This document shows positions 61,476 through 64,000 of a stretch of 64,000 bases of DNA, piece after piece. Origin of the DNA: Catajapyx aquilonaris (lineage: Eukaryota). The DNA is taken from NCBI GenBank assembly GCA_000934665.2, contig KZ538337.1, positions 1-64,000 of the forward strand, in the 5' to 3' direction. The notes below the pieces were generated by a model, which saw nothing but the letters and a program-made list of their open reading frames with translations, was not told the origin of the DNA and did not search any database. The stretch's first letter is position 1; every line of letters starts with the position of its first letter. A program made the position numbers and the translations under genes.

Positions 61476-64000
61476 CCCTATATACTGCCATGAGCTATTT
61501 TTCTCGCAGCTGTCAGCTTTTGGCGTCATTTATATATACGACCTTCTCAAGAAATACGTAGAGGCTATTGCTTCTTGCTTGATGACCTGTTTGGCTGTTT
61601 CCAACAGTTATTCCTCCAACTCACATTTTACTTTTTGCCAGAATTACGCCCCATTCACATATTTTCCGAGAGCAATATAAACTACTCTTAGTAACATTTT
61701 AACATACAACCAGACTCTATTCATGCTGCACCCCTTACAGATTACGTACGGCCCAAAATTTTTAGAGTAACTAAAAATATGAAAAGCTAAAAAGTTGACT
61801 TCATTACATGGACCAAAAACATTCAGTCACCCGTCCTGACCACCTGACACAACATACGGCAGCAATCTCGGTCAGCCCACTCGTATCTCAAATGGGCTCC
61901 CAAAAGATATTTGGGGCACTAAACCAGGCATTAACCATAATAATTAAAGCAACTCCCACAAAAAAAATCAGCTCTAAGCAAGCAATATAGTCAGGTAATC
62001 TCAAATCCACTCGAACCTGTCATCAAGGACAGTAATTCCGGCTTATTTGTTTACACTGAGAGGGTTATTGATTCAAAGAAAAGGTCAAGCGCGCCCGTAG
62101 GATAAACCGCTACATTGTCGTGAATACAGATACATATCAAAGGTCAAGCACATACTTTATCAGCAAAGTGATTACAAAATGTAAACAACCGCACGTGCCA
62201 TCTTCTGCACCTTATCTCCACGTGTTACTTATGACCGCTCAGGCTCTTGCAACACTGCCAAATGCCATGGTGACCATTCATGAAGCAGGCTCATCACGAT
62301 GTTGCAGTCTACTTCCTTCTTCCTGTCTGGGTTCAGGTGTAGAATATTAACTAACTGTTGATAGTAAGATCTTACGTCGTTGTGTACAGTGCTTTTCACA
62401 TTTTTTTGTAGAGTGTAACGTACACTGGCATACTTTTATATGCATCTCAGCTCTGACGCCTACGCGAGAGGGCAACTAGTTTTTGTTGATAAATAGTTAT
62501 CAGGTGAAGCCCACAGTCTGGATTTTTTTGGAGTTCCCTAATTGGCAGTACAAGCCCACATCTGTCTGGAGAAATACCTGTAAGCCTACATGTATTTGGA
62601 TCGGCTTGATAAAATCCTCTGAGGTTTTCCGTTCCATTGCCTTTTCTATAGGCAGTTGTCGCTACTTTAAAGAAATGTAACAAGTTGTTTGTCATGTCAT
62701 TAGTATTATGGCAGCATAAGACACTTAGCAACTTGTCCATCTTTCCATTTGTCCCGGTACGGTGTGCCAACTACACCATGCAGTTGCAGTCAGGTTAACA
62801 CGAAATTATCAATTCCCCATGGTGAAATTGTGCAATTGAAAAATCGCAACTAATTTTGCAATATATATACACAGGGTTTGTAGTACATAGGCTATACCAG
62901 CTCGCCCCTTTTTGGAATCCTAACATTGGCATTAAGTACCTAAGTAAGCGTCTATGTTGAAGCATAATCCCCTGTTAGGTACACTGTACTTGCCAGGCCA
63001 CTAATGTAACTAAACCAGAGGGCATTTATATTACAAATTCATAATAGCTCCTTGTGAAACTATGTGTTTGAGTCCATTCCATCCAGAGTGGAAACACTCC
63101 AAATGGGTAAATTCATAAATAAATAAATGTACTTCCACTAACAAAGCGGCATTAATTATTGCGTCAAATCTGGACCACCTGCACTCGACAACAATACATG
63201 GAACATGATATGTTTGTCAGTCAACTTCGTGAGAAAATGCTCCGCTGCACTGACTGTCAGTAAGCAAGGTTCTTGAAAGTGGATGCATCCCATCTGGATA
63301 CACGCACACACACGCACCAAAAAAACATGCCACGAAACCATACACTGCATGCATGTGTATGCTGGGAATAAATCCTGACTGCCAAGCTTCCCTTCCGGAT
63401 TCCAAGGAGCATCTTCAGTGGTGACAGGCATCGATTCTGGTTTCATACAAATTGCACCGCATGTGTTTCGTATGCACGATCACACATGTGCCGACAATAT
63501 ATGCAAATGATGATGATGATAGTGTTGATGATGATGATGATGCGGACAGAAGAAGTCTGCAGTGCAAAATGACGACACTGCTTAAATGTGGGTTAGCTGG
63601 TGTCAAAGAAGAGGAGGCTGGAAATTAAATTTGGGACTAGGAAATGTGTGGAACGGAACACTTGTGTTTGCACTGCAGATTTTCTTCCCTCCCTAGGACT
63701 TAATGCAAATCCGCCGCAGAGGTATTTTGATAACCTTAAGGGACCCCCTAAACTACGTCGTGTCAATTTCAATTGTGTACTGTTCTCTCCAAAAAAATAA
63801 ATACCTCCTTTTTTTTAACTCCCTGCCAACTAAGATCAAGTGAACCCATCACATCATTCCTTCTATTGACACAGTCCCCCAACCAATATTGACAATGGTC
63901 TTGTGTTCTGAATCCTGTACAGACATCCTATAGTAGAGCAATTTCTACGATTGCGTTTCATTACCTACCGAGAGTACTTGAGCAGCAAATGCATTCTTCC

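Noticed and set aside
63415..63606. Cys-containing ORF as a candidate peroxidasin LRRNT exon
   Set aside because: Cysteine spacing does not fit LRRNT; the Ser run is a (GAT)n microsatellite; no suitable phase-2 donor seen

Overview
Eukaryotic (animal, probably arthropod) genomic DNA with spliceosomal introns, three N-gaps and many transposon relics. The main gene is peroxidasin on the minus strand. I could trace 17 phase-compatible coding exons from 45342 down to the stop at 26730 (LRRs, LRRCT, 4 Ig domains, haem peroxidase, coiled coil, vWC). I did not find the signal-peptide/LRRNT exon, which probably lies beyond the right edge. The gene carries a tandemly duplicated fourth-LRR exon 52 nt apart (candidate mutually exclusive exons) and a GC-AG intron. 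Also present are a C2H2 zinc-finger exon with an acidic N-terminus (-), an intronless frameshifted Kelch pseudogene (-), an orphan PI3K p110-like N-terminal exon (+), tRNA-Arg(ACG) (-), tRNA-headed SINEs and an Academ-like transposase relic. There are many palindromic or fold-back DNA-transposon derivatives (Tc1/mariner, hAT, Harbinger-like) and stacked TA-NNN-TA motifs resembling excision footprints. All calls were made by eye; no searches or folding computations were run.
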